This document shows, piece by piece, positions 26,771 through 40,911 of a stretch of 64,000 nt of DNA. The first letter of the stretch is position 1. Every line of letters starts with the position of its first letter. Source of the stretch: the human T2T-CHM13v2.0 reference genome, Homo sapiens; assembly GCF_009914755.1 (NCBI RefSeq), contig NC_060944.1; one strand, 5' to 3'. The notes below the pieces were generated by a model. That model made no database searches, was not told where the DNA came from, and was given only the letters and a program-made list of their open reading frames with translations. The position numbers and the translations under genes are program-made.

Positions 26771-27052
26771 TTTATGCTTAAAATAATTTAAAGGAGACAA
26801 AGTATAAGATCATCTCAATAGAAACAAAAAAAAAGTATAAAATACAACAATCTATGCATTTTTTTAAGAATTTCAAACAAATTACAGATAAAAGAGAACT
26901 TCTTTAACTAGATTAAGGGTATTTATTTAGTCTTAAATATTTACTGTTGAAACATTACAAGACTTTCCTTTAAAAATCAGAAAAAAAGCCATTCAAGATT
27001 ATGATGTGGGTCTTAGCTAGCAAATAATTTCAAGAAACAGAAATGAAGGTTT

Positions 27053-27236
27053 TAAGTTAATACTTAAATTATTAAATTTAAGTATTAACTTATTAAATTT
27101 AAGTATTAAGTATTAATTTAAGTATTTAATTTAAGTATTAAATTTAAGTATTTAATTTAAGTATTAAATTATTTAAGTATTAAATTTAAGTATTTAATTT
27201 AAGTATGAAATTATTAAATTTAAGTATTTAAATTTA
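27053..27236. repeat. AT-rich 18-bp-arm palindrome followed by a 13-bp tandem array
   Basis: TAAGTTAATACTTAAATT-atta-AATTTAAGTATTAACTTA (27053-27092), then about 10 AATTTAAGTATT(A/T) units. Confidence 0.92.
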
Positions 27237-27960
27237 GGGGAAAAATACTAAAATTATTCTCTGATGAACTTATTGTCTACATAGAGCAAAAAGAATCTTC
27301 AGAAAAATTACTGGAATTATTAAGAAAGTTCAACAGAGTTTCTGGGTTAAAACACAAAAAATACATTGAGTTTCTATACATTACCAAAAAAAGTGTAAAC
27401 AGTCTTTTAAAGATACAAGAAGTGTGTAAAAGTGAAGTAAACGTTATAACACTTCTGAATATAACCAAAGTATTGTATATCTCAGGCAACTACTTACTTC
27501 TCTTAATAGTGCTCTTTTAATCATCCTAGCTTTATCTGTATTTGTGAAAACTCATAACCCCTACTTAGCATTAGTTGGTAAATGTTGAAATTTAAGATAA
27601 CCTTGTTTCCTGCAAAGCACTGTTAAGTGGAATGCTCTGGTTCCAGAACATTTTATTCTTCCTCCTCCTCGCTGTATTCAGTCATACATCCCAGAAGAGA
27701 TCAGCAAAAAATTAGGAAGTTAGAGGTTTACATTTGTCTTTAAAACCTACTCAAAAAAATATGCTTTTTACAATTGCTCTTCAGAGGCCTCCCCTGCTCT
27801 CATTATCTACTATAATTACATTATACCTTCTGAAATTCTATATCAAAGGTCAGAGCAGACCCTTTAGGCATGAAATGATTCCCAGCTCTTCACGGACTAG
27901 AAGTTCAAAGTGCAAAAAATATAATTCACTCAGTTTATCCTCATGGCTCCATCCACCCAG

Positions 27961-28010
27961 GTTTTTTCTTACAAACACACCAGTTCTGACAACCTGATGT
28001 TCTTTAAACC
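27961..28010 (+). pseudogene. Candidate fossil exon, phase 0->2
   Basis: ctccatccacccag| ... CC|gtgagt; VFSYKHTSSDNLMFFKP, no stop. Confidence 0.4.
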
Positions 28011-28117
28011 GTGAGTAGAGATATTGAAGTAAATGAGTCTACCAGGAACAGAATTTCACATTCAGAAATATTAGGTTGTATTCTTCTTGAGAGCAGGACA
28101 TCTTTTTACCTTTGCAG

Positions 28118-28154
28118 AGACCACAAAATCTGGAAAAATAAGCACTGGCAGAAT
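28118..28154 (+). pseudogene. Candidate fossil exon, phase 2->0
   Basis: tctttttacctttgcag| ... AAT|gtatgt after a 107-bp intron; DHKIWKNKHWQN. Confidence 0.4.
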
Positions 28155-28384
28155 GTATGTGGAATATGTAAAATTAGATACGAAGTATACAAGGTCTTTC
28201 CTCTATCCCCACACCTCTCTCAATCATAAAACAAAAGTAGAAATAATAAATAGCATGACTAGGTAAACTGGCATTTGAAATACATAATTCTTATAAAAGC
28301 CAGCATGACCGTGGGGTGTGTAAGAGTGGTGTTTATGTTACTAGCAAAGCTCCTTGCTCAAAGCCTGGAGGGACTAAACAATAA

Positions 28385-28545
28385 TACTTCACATCAGCGT
28401 GATGTGGTGGAGCGATCACTGGGCTAAAAATCAAGAGATTCTGGGCAGTTCTGACCTTGGAGACGGCACTGACTATTTCTCTGTCACCTCAGGTAAGTCA
28501 CTTACTTTCCCTGGGCCTCTTGATTTTAATACATATAAATCGAGG
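28385..28545 (+). mobile_element. MIR
   Basis: gtgatgtggtggag...aagtcacttactttccctgggcctc. Confidence 0.6.
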
Positions 28546-28654
28546 GCATTCTAGGATCCTAGGATCCTATGCCAAGGATGAATACACTTTCTGTGCTGCC
28601 AAAAGTTTGCCGACATGGTCAGCTAAAAGCCTCTTCCTCTCTCCACATTGTGGG

Positions 28655-28655
<1 letters not shown>

Positions 28656-28701
<46 letters not shown>
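28656..28701. repeat. (TG)23 microsatellite
   Basis: Direct count. Confidence 0.97.
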
Positions 28702-28703
<2 letters not shown>

Positions 28704-28744
28704 GACATGAATTATTTCCATCATTTAAAAACTCAGAAAGATGG

Positions 28745-29400
28745 AATTGAAAGCAGGGACTCGAACAGATGCTTGTACACCAGCGATCATGGCAGCATTA
28801 TTCACAAAGGCCAAAAGGTGGAAACAACTGCTATGTCCATTGGCAGATGAATGGATAAACAAAATGTGGTAGATACATTCAATGAAATATTACTTAGCCA
28901 TAAAAAGAATGAGCCAGGTGTGATAGTGAGTTCCTGTAGTCCCAGATACTTGGGAGGCAGAGGTGGGAGGATTGCTTGAGCTTAGGAATTTGAGACCAGC
29001 CTAGGCAACATAGCAAGACTCCATCTCTTGAACAAAAGAAAAAAATGAAATTCTGATATATGCTAGAACATGAATGAACCTTGAAAACATTATGTTTTGT
29101 GAAATAAACCAAATCCAGAAGGACAAATATCATATGATTCTACTAATATGAGATATCTAGAGTAGTCAAATTAATAGAGGTAGAAGGTAGAATGGTGGTT
29201 TAAAAAGGCTGGAGAGACAGAATAATGGGAAGTTATTATTTATGGGTATGAGTTCAATTTGGGAAGATGAAAAAGTTCTGGAGACAGATGGTGATGATTG
29301 TTGTACAATAATAGTGATATACTTAATGCCACTAAACTGTATACCTAAAATTGGTTAAAAGGGTACATTTTATGTTATGTATATTTCACCACAGTTAAAA
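28745..29400 (+). mobile_element. L1MB-like 3' end interrupted by a FLAM (28912-29045)
   Basis: gaattgaaagcagggactcgaacagat...gatgaatggataaacaaaatgtgg...tatatttcaccac; internal Alu monomer. Confidence 0.85.
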
Positions 29401-29623
29401 AAGCAGCTCAGGAAGATGAACAAAAGTAGCTTGTGTTTGTATTTCATGCTAAGAATGCATTCTATTTCTCTTTTCCCAACTTTTTTAAGAATAAAGTTCT
29501 TCAGCATGACATCAGATGGAGGGGAAGAGGAGTGGAGGACTATTTCTTGAGCTACTCAAGTGAAAGGAAGTGCAATACTTTTCAGTAAGCTGAAAATAAG
29601 CTGGAGATTTTCAGTTTTTATAG

Positions 29624-29810
29624 TCTTTTTTGGCCTCTGGATTGCTAGAGTTCATTAACAGAGCCACGTTCTTGGCTAAGGGGCCACCGTTTTTCTTGAA
29701 GGAAGTAACTGCACCAGCCACTATCAGGGTACAAGACATTTATTTGCAAGAATTAAAAGAATTAGCACATCTCTGGGATGACCCAGTTATTGCAGAGGGA
29801 TTTAAGCAAG
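29624..29810 (+). pseudogene. Candidate fossil exon, phase 0->1, donor apparently mutated (GA)
   Basis: ttttcagtttttatag|; 62 stop-free codons SFLASGLLEFINRATFL...LAHLWDDPVIAEGFKQ; ends CAAG|gaaatt. Confidence 0.45.
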
Positions 29811-30004
29811 GAAATTGTCTAGTTTTCTCTAAGAAGAAAAAAATCAAGTTGTCTTTACTTAATGACCACTGATGTAGTTTTAGTCATATGTCCTGTTCCA
29901 GTATATCTGTCTTTTTATTGCTATGCACTTTTAGCAAAATTACAAGATGCTTTATTGATGATAGGCACAAATGACCTGAAAGCTTTTTTTTTTCCTTTTA
30001 TCAG

Positions 30005-30054
30005 ATGTGGGCATTTCCCTCAGAGACAATTCTGGTCTTTTAATGAAGATGAAT
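30005..30054 (+). pseudogene. Candidate fossil exon, phase 1->0
   Basis: Strong acceptor ttttttttccttttatcag|; DVGISLRDNSGLLMKMN; weak donor AAT|gtatca. Confidence 0.35.
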
Positions 30055-30437
30055 GTATCAGTGAACTTTGTTATTTATTGATGACTTTCCTATTTTCTAT
30101 GATGGTTTTGTTGTCACTGTATTTTACTTAGGTTAGTTATATCCATCAACATAATCTTCTTTGTTGGAATACTGGGATTAAGATCAATCTATCTCTCTGT
30201 TAGTTTTATGCTTTTGCTGCCCAAAGAAAGCAACATGCAAAACACGGCCATGTTGCCTTACAAGCCAGATGGTAATCAGTAGTTAATAGAATTGGCAGTA
30301 CAGTTAAGGTTTATTCTTGTAATTTATTCAAAACTCAACAACTCTTTAGGTTAGCTTGCTAATTTATAACTATCTAGTTTTTCCTAAATTCCTAAATTGA
30401 AGATAAAGCTGAATTCTTTTTTCAGGATAATAGAGCA

Positions 30438-30950
30438 TGTATTGTTCAGGGTTCAATTTAGGAAGAAAAACCACATGAATATTATGCAATAAGGGACTTA
30501 CTAGTGACCTAAGAAGTCATACAATATTTGAGAAGGTAGAGAAGTAGAGATTAAAGCATAGCATAGGGAGATCAGAGAAAAGTCACTACCTACCCTTCTG
30601 AAGCACTGAAGCCTACAAGGATAAATGAGAAGTCAGGTAGGACCAGCTTCTGGAGAGAAACTGCAGAGGAACTGTTGTGCTTGCATCTGATGATGGGTCT
30701 GGTGGGCCTGGTAGTCAGCAGCCCTAGAGGTCTGGAAGAAGAGCTGGCTGTGCACAGGGAGAGTTAGGACATGCTGGCTCCTCACCATCTCTGACCAGGA
30801 CCATGACCACCTGAAGAGAGCAAGGGCAGCTGCACCAATTCATCCTCAGAGCTCCCACAGATTCATACTCTGGCCAACTCAAACCAGAGCCATTTAAGTT
30901 GGGGGACTCTGGGAAATGCAATTCCTGCACAGCCATGTGACACAGTACAA
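30438..30950 (-). mobile_element. Old ERVL/MaLR-type LTR
   Basis: tgtattgttcagggttcaa ... ctgggaaatgcaattcc...tgacacagtaca termini. Confidence 0.45.
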
Positions 30951-31409
30951 GCCCCAAAGAACAGTGTTTTCAGTTGTCACAGGGAAGAAACTTTAGGGTT
31001 AGCAAAGGCTTTTCAGCTTCCCCAGAGAAAAGCTGCTGAAGAGTTGAAAATACCAAGTGTTCCAGCATTAACATGGTGCTGAACACCTAGACACCAACCC
31101 ACTGCTGGCTGCCCAGCTTAGAGAGAGAGATTGGCAGGGCTGTTGAGCACCAGGCAGTTAGCCTGGGTGGAAAGTTTTACTCAGTATGGCAGGGCGGTCG
31201 CTGTCATCTAAGACCATGGAAAATTTCAGAGACCCTAAGCTAGAGTAAAGTAGGACCCTAAGACGACAGCCAGAGAGAGGAGGAGAGCCAAGCAAAATCC
31301 CCCTGGGGGACCTAGCGTGGAGGAGGATCCTAAGAATCTTCTTCCCAAATCACTTAAGTTCGAGGTTTCTGTTTATTGGCAGTACTTAGACTGGCCTATT
31401 TCATCATCA

Positions 31410-31690
31410 TGGTCTCTGTAACCTCTTCCTCCATCACTTTCCCTCCATCTCCCCCTCTATTACTCCTCCATCACTTCCCCTCTATCTCTCTCCCTTTGTC
31501 TTTCCCTCCATCTCTCCTCCTCCACCACTGTCTCTCTAGCTCCCTATCCAAATTTGCCCCTCCATCTCCTCCCCTCCATCCTTCCCCCACCTTTCTCCTT
31601 GTGTCTCTCTTTCTCCATTTCTCCCCTTCCATCTCTCCTTCACCATTGCTCTCCTACCTTCCCCCATCACTCTCCTTATCACCCCCTGAC
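31410..31690. repeat. CT-rich low-complexity polypyrimidine tract
   Basis: About 280 bp of CCTCC/CTCC-type units. Confidence 0.85.
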
Positions 31691-31859
31691 CCCATAGTCA
31701 CTTTTACATAGTAACAAGATTCAATAAGCTCTTTGTAGTATTAGAATCTTCACAAGTTGCTTCCTGATCTGCAAAAACTTAACTTGTACTTTCTTTAGCC
31801 CTTACATCCCACCATCCCACTCAGTCTCTCTTCTCTCTCTCTCTCCCCTCTCTTTCTCT

Positions 31860-32210
31860 CAATTGTTTATACTTCAGGTCTCAGCTAAAAGTCACCTCTC
31901 CAAAGAGACTTTCTTTGAAAACACTTTAAATGAAATATGTTCTCCTCCTTCTATCCCATTATTCTCTATCACTGTGTTTTGTTCTGAAATCCTTCCTGAC
32001 ATTCCCACAACTTAAATGATGTAGTTGTATTTTCATGGCTCCTTTGTCCCACACACTACACTCTAAGTTCCCTGAAGACTGGACCAGGTCCCTTTATCAG
32101 CAGTGTCTACCCAGCAGCTAGCACAATACCTTGCACATGGAAGGTGCTTATTAAATTCTTCCTGAATAAATAAATGAGTGAATGAATAAAAAATGAATGA
32201 ATGAATACAG
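31860..32210 (+). mobile_element. L2 3' end
   Basis: caggtctcagctaaaagtcacctc...tagcacaataccttgcacat...gaatgaatgaat. Confidence 0.8.
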
Positions 32211-32621
32211 TCAAATTTTAGAGCTTTCCAGAAGGGAAATATTAAATAAGCATATTCTAATTAATTTTTTTCTTAAAAGACCTAAGCTCAAGATGGTTTC
32301 CCATTTTGATTTTTGAGATCAATCATAGGAGTCAGAGAAGCATTCATAAGACAGTGAGAAGCTTCTAAGATTCTGTCATAGTTACCAGGGATCCCAAAAT
32401 GTGTACAACAGTGGAGGAAGAGGCAAAAAGGAAAAATCTGCAAATCTTGTAGCCTCAGGGACTCCAGTGGAAAAAAAAATGGAGGTTGGTGGGAGTCAGT
32501 TAAAGAAGGCCAAAAATCTGGAGACCGGACAAAACAAGTTGGGGAAGGAATATTGAGATCTACCAAGAGAAATTCCACTTGCCTTTATAAAATTGGTAAA
32601 TATTTCTTTCCTTCTCTTTCC

Positions 32622-32919
32622 TTTTTTATTTTAGAGAGAGGGTCTCAACATCCAGTTGTGCAGTCATAGCTCATTGCAGCCTTGAACTCCTGGGCTCGAG
32701 CTATCCTCCTGCCTCAGCCTCCTGAGTGGCTGGGACTATTGGCGCCTGCCACAATATTTGGCTACTGTTTTGTTTTTTTTTCTTTTGTTTTGTTTTAATT
32801 TTGTAGAGATGGGATCTCACTATATTTCCCTGGCTGGTCTTGAAGTCCTAGGCTCAAGCCATCCTCTAGACTTGGCCTTCCAAAGTTCTTACATTAGAGG
32901 CGTGAGCCCCTCACTTGGC
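32622..32919 (-). mobile_element. AluJ
   Basis: Antisense dimeric Alu, tcctgggctcgagctatcctcctgcctcagcc. Confidence 0.85.
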
Positions 32920-34591
32920 AAAACTTGTAAATCTTTATGGAGTGCCTCTCTTGAAAAAGATCTGAACATTGACTAGTCAAGTGCAGATTAATAATTATCA
33001 GCAATTTATTAGCAACCTGCCAGTAGAGCCATACTAAAATGAAAATACAATTAATTGGGGAAGCATTACTGTGTATGTGGCTTGCTGAAAATTTACTGTT
33101 TTACTAATCTGTAAGAGAAAATGCTTGAAAGCTTTCATGCATGTTATGAATAAGTTTGCCCCCATATTTCAAGTGACATAAAAACCATTCAAAATGAACA
33201 GAAACTTAAAAGAATATTAATTAAAAAATATAACGTGAACATATATAAACTGTGTGTGTGCCTGTGTGCGTGTGTGTTTGTGTGGGTCTGTGTGTTAAAC
33301 TTTTTTTATCTTTTTCAGGGACTCAAATATTTTGCAAATTTTAAATAATAATAAATCTATGAAAATTAATTTAACCCTAGACTCAAAGAAATTATCCATT
33401 ACTATTCAACTTTATCTAATATATAATTAATTTTGCACATTGTTTCTAAATAGTTGCAGGTTTGGATTATGATTTCCTGAAAATGCTTCCTTTGATATTT
33501 GCTTGGATGAGAAAGTGAGAACTCACTCACTGTATGTTTGCTAAACAGACCTATGTAGTTAAAGAGAAGCTGTCCAAAAAGATTCTCTATTTCAGCCCAA
33601 TGGAGCATATTCACTATCAGATCAAAGTGATAGGATTTTTTTTATCTTCTCCTAATTGGGGGTAGGCAATTTCCTTACTCACTTTGGCAAATCGAAGGAA
33701 TGTCTTATTGTAGAGAAAGAGGCTGTGATCCCTAAATGTCAATGCAAAAACCTTCATCACATCACTCTTGTCCCATGTAGCACAGAGAATCCATTCCATT
33801 AAGGTGAATTCTGGAAGCTGGCTGAATTTCAAGCTGTGTTTTAATTCAATTTTTTTTTTGGCAGACAGTTTTAAAGGGAAGTCAAAGGTTATAGCTTGAT
33901 AATTGGGCATAAATACAGTCATTTCAGTGGGCCTCAGATTCAGTCATGCAGAACCAATTTTTAGCATGGTGATATCACGGTTGCATATTTTTAATTGAAG
34001 CACTCATAAGGAGTCCTACTGTAATCTGAGTATTACTACATTTTTACCCCTCATGAACTCAAAGTATAAGTTAATGGTATACAATGAAATGTTGCATTGT
34101 TGACTTTATCTTTCTTACCTACATGTCTCCTGAAGCATAGACTTCGAGATAAAATGTTTTGTTCATTGGTTAAAAAAGTGTCTGTATTCTCTAAGCTACT
34201 AATCAATAATAGAAGTTTCTTTTATAAGTCTGAGTGCAGCATAATTTATCACTGAAAACTTACTTCATTGCTAAAACCCAAACATATACACCCAAGACTT
34301 TTAAATCATGATTTTCCTAATGCTTATTGTGCATTTAAATGGTAATTTTAGACTATGTAGATTATTATATAAATGACAAATTTTTATTATTTTTACACTC
34401 AAGTGCAATGTCTCGTCTTAATATAAAATCTTTAAATGTATGGTTTCTTCATATCTGTTCTGCTTTCTTCTATTTGTAACAAAATGTTACTTGTGGCCTT
34501 TATTATTTAGGAGAAGAATTTTAAATTGATTAAGATAATAATCCAGCACATATTTTTTAAGTAAAATATATGAGCATAAAAGATTTGCATG

Positions 34592-35670
<1,079 letters not shown>

Positions 35671-35946
35671 GATATGCATGGCAAACTTTTACAATGAATA
35701 TAGAAACCATGAATAGTCATTTTACCACCCAGGTTTCTTGTATAATTACACTACTTAAAATGTTTAGTTGCTGAATGCTAATGGTAGACTTAGTCATATT
35801 GACTTAGCTATTGGAAAATTCATGAAATATAAGATGACTTTGTGCCTGCCATTTGGGGGATGAAATAGAAATTTCAGAGAGAGAATTCAAGCAAAGAGAC
35901 ATTACAATAATTTATGATAGGAGTTTTCATTTTTAGTTTTTTATAC

Positions 35947-37489
35947 TGATGGCAGTGGCGGCCCATCTGGAGGAGCCACTGCAAAGACACTGGCTGCAAT
36001 GGCTAGGTGCAACCATGGCTGTGTGCTCCATAGAGCCAGTGGGGGCCAGGAACAGGCGGGAGCCCCAGCCCCTACCAAGTTGATGGGGCAGGAGCCCAGT
36101 GTTCCTGGGTGCAACAGCAGCTGCCCGACTGTGGCTCCAGACCTGGGAATCTCTGCACTCTCAGAGGCCTGGGAAGCCCTCCTGCCCCAACAGGCTTAGA
36201 AGTGCCTGCTTCTGCCCCCTGGCCTCTCCCTGCTCCCAGTACCCTCTCTGCTGCAGAGCAAAGTTGTGGCTGAGGCTGGGTGCTGTTGCAATGTGGCCAG
36301 GTGTGTGTATTCTCAGAGGTGCTGACACGCCAGCCCCCTGCTGCCTTGGCCCCCTCTAGACTTTGGGAACCCAGGAGCATGGGAGGGAAGCAAAGGAGGG
36401 GCTGAGGGCAGCTTAGTGTGGGCCTGCAGGTACCCCTTGGCAGGAACAGCCTGGGCGTTGTGGATGGCATGTTGATGGCAGCAGAAGGCAGACAGGCTCC
36501 TGGACAAAAAGGGGCAGGTCCCTGGTGAAATCCCACCTTCAAGCCTGAAGCCTGTGGGCTGGGCTGCCAGTTCCTGATGAAGTCTGCAGCCCAGAGTGAG
36601 AACTTATGGTGCTTTTTCTGGCCCTGCCCATGGCCACCTATGGACTAATCAGCATGCACTTCCTCCCTTATGAGCCCATAAAAACCCCAGACTCAGCCAG
36701 ACTTGAACAGACCTCAGGACTACCAGCTGCAGGAAGGAGCTACTGCCTACGAGTCTCCTCTCTGCTGAGAGCTGGACACTCTTAGGGATGACCTGCTTGT
36801 GGAAATGAGCTTCCCACTTCGGGTCTCCTGAGGGCTGTTCTGTCACTCAATGGAGCTCCTCTCCACATTGCTCATCCCCCAATTGTCCATCTATCTCATT
36901 CTTCCTGGATGTGGAACAAGAACTCAGGACATGCCAAATGGCTGTAACCCAAGCAGAACTGTAACAAACAGGGCTGAAACATGCTCCCCCTCCTTCCATG
37001 TTGCAGGCAATGAGAAGGAGAGAAGAGCTGCATCCCTTCAGGGAGTCCAGACCTAGGGAATCCCCTAGCCAGAGCTGTGACACCCTCTTTGGGGCTCTGT
37101 GGTTCCTGGCATCTCCAAGGTTCCAGATGCCACTATATTCCCCTCATCTAGACATGGGTACACACAGCAGAAGCTGTGTGCAGTACATCTGGTCCAGTTA
37201 CAGCCTTGAATGGAGCTGGCACCTGTGCCAGTGTCTGGAGCTGCCCACCCTACTGCCACAGCCTGCATGCCTGGCTGTGCACAGTGACCAGACCCTGCAC
37301 TCACTTGCCCACACACCTCTCACTTCTCTGTGCCTGGCTCACCTTTGGTAGGTGTGGGATCCAGGACAGTAGCGTGAGCTGAGTGCAGCCTGCTGGGCCG
37401 AGTGGGTGGAATGAGCCCAGTGGGCGTGAACAATACTCAGGCAGAAAGGTTTCTGGCTGGCAAAGAGACACTCCATAGATCCCGTGACA
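35947..37489 (+). mobile_element. MER52-family ERV1 solo LTR, 1543 bp
   Basis: TGATGGCAGTGGCGGCCCATCTGG...CCCGTGACA; 4-bp TSD ATAC; GC-rich. Confidence 0.85.
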
Positions 37490-37822
37490 ATACTATTTGA
37501 ATTGTGAGGAAACACCAGATTGTTCTAGAAGGTTGAATACGCACTGGTCCAAACAGATTTCTTGCCTTCCTCCCTGCCTGTTGGGGGTGGAGTGGAAAGG
37601 GGAAGGTGAAGATTGTCATTGTGTATGCATTTGTTTTAAACCTCTGTAGCCTGACTTTCCAAATTGAAAAATACAACTCTGCCATTCTGTGTTCACACAT
37701 GTCAGAGCTGCTGCAGAAAACTCCTCTTTGACTCATTCATCGCCATTGAATCTGAATTTATTTTCAGTGGTATCCTGACAGGAACTTTAAGACTGAACTC
37801 TGCATTTTTTCTGTTTTCCCAG

Positions 37823-37875
37823 TCATCTGCCTCATTCTATGTTGAGGGTTTCACTAATGAATGTGATGTTTGCTG
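37823..37875 (+). pseudogene. Candidate fossil exon, phase 0->2
   Basis: ttttttctgttttcccag| ... TG|gtaaat; SSASFYVEGFTNECDVC. Confidence 0.45.
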
Positions 37876-38182
37876 GTAAATAAGTAAATAAATGCACCTG
37901 TACAATTTACTTCCTTTTCTGGAAAGACAGAAAGAACAGAATACTAGCACAAGAAAACTTTTTTTTTCCCTCCTCTTGCTTGGTTCTACTTCAGCTCAGT
38001 TACTTTTGACAAAGAAAATGAAAATTTAAATTTCCATTGAATGAATTGGTGTCATGGCTATTATTTAAGAGTATAGAAATTAAAGCTGCAATTGGGTCGT
38101 GTATCATTTGCTTACCCTAGATGCACATTATATCCTGGTATAATGAAAAATGGCATGCTTTTTTTTTTTTCTTTCTCTGTAG

Positions 38183-38250
38183 TGAACCATAACTGAAAGC
38201 AGGAAGCATTGGTTTACACTTTGCATCAGAGTTGTGGGATTTCTATATGG
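38183..38250 (+). pseudogene. Candidate fossil exon, phase 2->1, one nonsense codon
   Basis: T12ctttctctgtag| ... ATGG|gtacag; CEP*LKAGSIGLHFASELWDFYM. Confidence 0.4.
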
Positions 38251-40063
38251 GTACAGTAGTCAGAATCCATTCTAACTGTGAATGCCAGAAACTTAATTTC
38301 TATAAAATGTAAGAAAAATATGAGAGTGAATGTACTGCCTCAGGTTACTTAAAAGCCGAAGCAGTGATTGTGACTTCAGGTAAGGCTTCATCCAGGCATA
38401 AAATGATTGTCTTCAGGTCTCCAGTTCTTTCTCTCCTTCCTTCTCTTGATATTGTATTACTTTATGGGGACTGTCTCATGCAGGTACTTCTCAGCTGGCA
38501 GGAAAGATGCCTCTACCACTCCACTCTAAAGTAACCTTAGTAGTGGCTACCACTCTGTAAGTGCATCTTATGGGCATCCTTCTTCAAACTTTAATGACTA
38601 TGAGGTATTTACTTAATCCTCACAATTATTCTGTGTGGTTATGACATTTGTCCAAAGTCACAGAATTATAAAGATTGGAAGTGGATTTGCCTAGCTAGTT
38701 TGGCTCCAGCACCTATGCATGCATATAACCCTTGCTCTAAGTTGTTACGCTAGAGCTTGAGATCTACAGAGGAGAAAGATGCTTTCTCTCTTTTAACCTC
38801 CCTATCAATCCTGAAAATGGGATCTGATGTCTCTGCATGAGTCCTTGCTCAACCTGCACCAATCTCTGTGTCCTGCACCTCCTCCCATCAGCATATGATA
38901 TTCATCCACAACAGCTGAGGGGCAGGTTCAGAAGGGAAAATGTGCATGGCAGAATAAAATGTTACAAATGACCACTACAGCAGGCCAAGCTGCCAATTTT
39001 CCAGAAAGGTCCCTGGCATTGCAATGTTCCATATGGAAAGCAGCTCATCTGGGTAAGCATGCTTTTCCATGGCTCTCTATGCTTTGTGGTAATGGGTAGT
39101 GACCACAGTATAGCAGGGGCAAATTGAACAGCTGAAGAAGAGGATGGAAGAGAAGACAGGACTATGAGGAAGCATAAGGGAGGATTGGGCAAGATGGAGG
39201 CAGACATGGTGTGGTTACCTGAGCAAATACTGTAGCTGCTAAAATTCTTAGATAAGCCTGAGGTTACTTTAGGCTCCTATATAACCTAGATTGAGCTAAT
39301 CAGAATTTCACACAAAAATCCAGAATAGTGATTAGTTACCTTTCGTGAGAGTATTGACTGGTAGGTGGCATGAAGGGGCTCTCTGGAAATATTTTGTATC
39401 TTGCCTAGGGTGGTGGTTACCTCCATGTAAATATATAGGAAGTTATCAAATGGTACTTAAAATTTGTGCACTTTACCTCATGCTTGTGCTAGCTTATTTT
39501 TTTATTGACAGATATAAACAATTCTACCTGTGCAGAGACAAGCCAGATTGTTTAGTAAATTACCATCCAGATTTCCTGGATTGCCTAGTTAACAAGCTAC
39601 TTGGAATCAAAGCCCCCCACTCCTCCCACCCTCTCCCGGAGGAGTGTCTGCACCTGAACCCAAGTTTCACAAATTGCCAGATGCTAGCAGCTAACACTCC
39701 CAGACATCAGCCCTAAAAAGGTGGCATCTGGGTGCAGACTGTTTTGCACTCACCCCCAGACTGTTTTTACCCTGCTTACAAGACAGCTCTCTTCTCATTC
39801 TAAATAAAGGAAAGTGGCCCTTCTCCAAGAACAGCCTACGGTGCATCCAGCTGGCCCAGCCCCAAGGATACCAGTCCACAGGATGCTGAGAGCACAGGGA
39901 CTCTGGGTACTCTTTTTCCCTCCTACCTATGAATTACAGCATGCTGCAAGTGATGCTATTAATGTGTTTTTGGCATTGCCAAGGTCATTCTTACTAACCA
40001 ACACCTAGGCCTTCTTGCATTTTGATATTATTGGACAATTTAAAGATTCCCAAATTGCATCTC

Positions 40064-40459
40064 TGCGTTAATGTGTTAGGGATGCCATGACAAAATACCA
40101 CAGACCAGATGGCTTAAACAATAGGAATTTATTTTCTTACAGTTCTGTAGTCTGGAAGTCCAAGATGAAAGTGTTGGCAGGTTTGGCTTCCTCTCCTTGG
40201 CTTGCCGATGGCCACCCTCTTGCTTACTCTTCATATGGTCCTCCCTTTGTGCACCTGTGCCCCTGGTTTCTCTCGCTTTTGTGTCTAGTTCTTATAAAGA
40301 CACCAGTCAGATTGCATTAGGGTTCATCCACCCTAATAGCCTCATTTTAACTTAACCCCCTCTTTGAAGGCCCTATCTCCATATACATTTATATTCAGAG
40401 GTACTGGGGCTTGGGGCTTCAACATGAATTTGGGGTGGGACACAATTTAATCCATAACA
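40064..40459 (-). mobile_element. MaLR LTR (MLT1B/C-like)
   Basis: caaaataccacagaccagatggcttaaacaatagg...acacaatttaatccataaca. Confidence 0.85.
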
Positions 40460-40911
40460 GTCTGTTTTGCTGGAATCAACTACAATGACTGTTGATTACA
40501 AGGAACCTGAAAATACTTTTTTTTATCCGTTTAGCTTTTTGCTCAGTCTAATTGAATTCGTAGAAATTTAGATGGGGTATAGTTCAAGCTAATTATGGTG
40601 CCTGTGCACCCAGACAAATTGTGGTACAAAATCTAAACTTCTATCTGGTGAATTAAGGATAAGTAGAAAATTAATATCATGTAATGTTTGAGAATTTCAG
40701 AAATGAATTCCCCTTTATTTCATTTGCAGCTGTTTGCCTGGAGGAATTTCTAGTTCAACAGACACACCATGCACGATCATGTCACTGGGCCTTTGCATGC
40801 ACCGTGCCCTCTCTGGGAACACTTTTCCCCCTATAGCTAATTACCCAGCTTTTCTCTTCTCTAGAAGCTAGTTTTGTCCTTACATCTAAATATCTACGCT
40901 CCGTGGTTACA

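Noticed and set aside
27849-29810. RGS-domain assignment for the fossil exons (RADPLGMK*F, LWDDPVIAEGF)
   Set aside because: Only a few residues resemble RGS22/RGSL1; insufficient to name a family
35999-37382. Cluster of overlapping ORFs
   Set aside because: They lie within the GC-rich MER52 LTR
40730-40765. Exon candidate AVCLEEFLVQQ
   Set aside because: No donor, and it runs into L2 sequence
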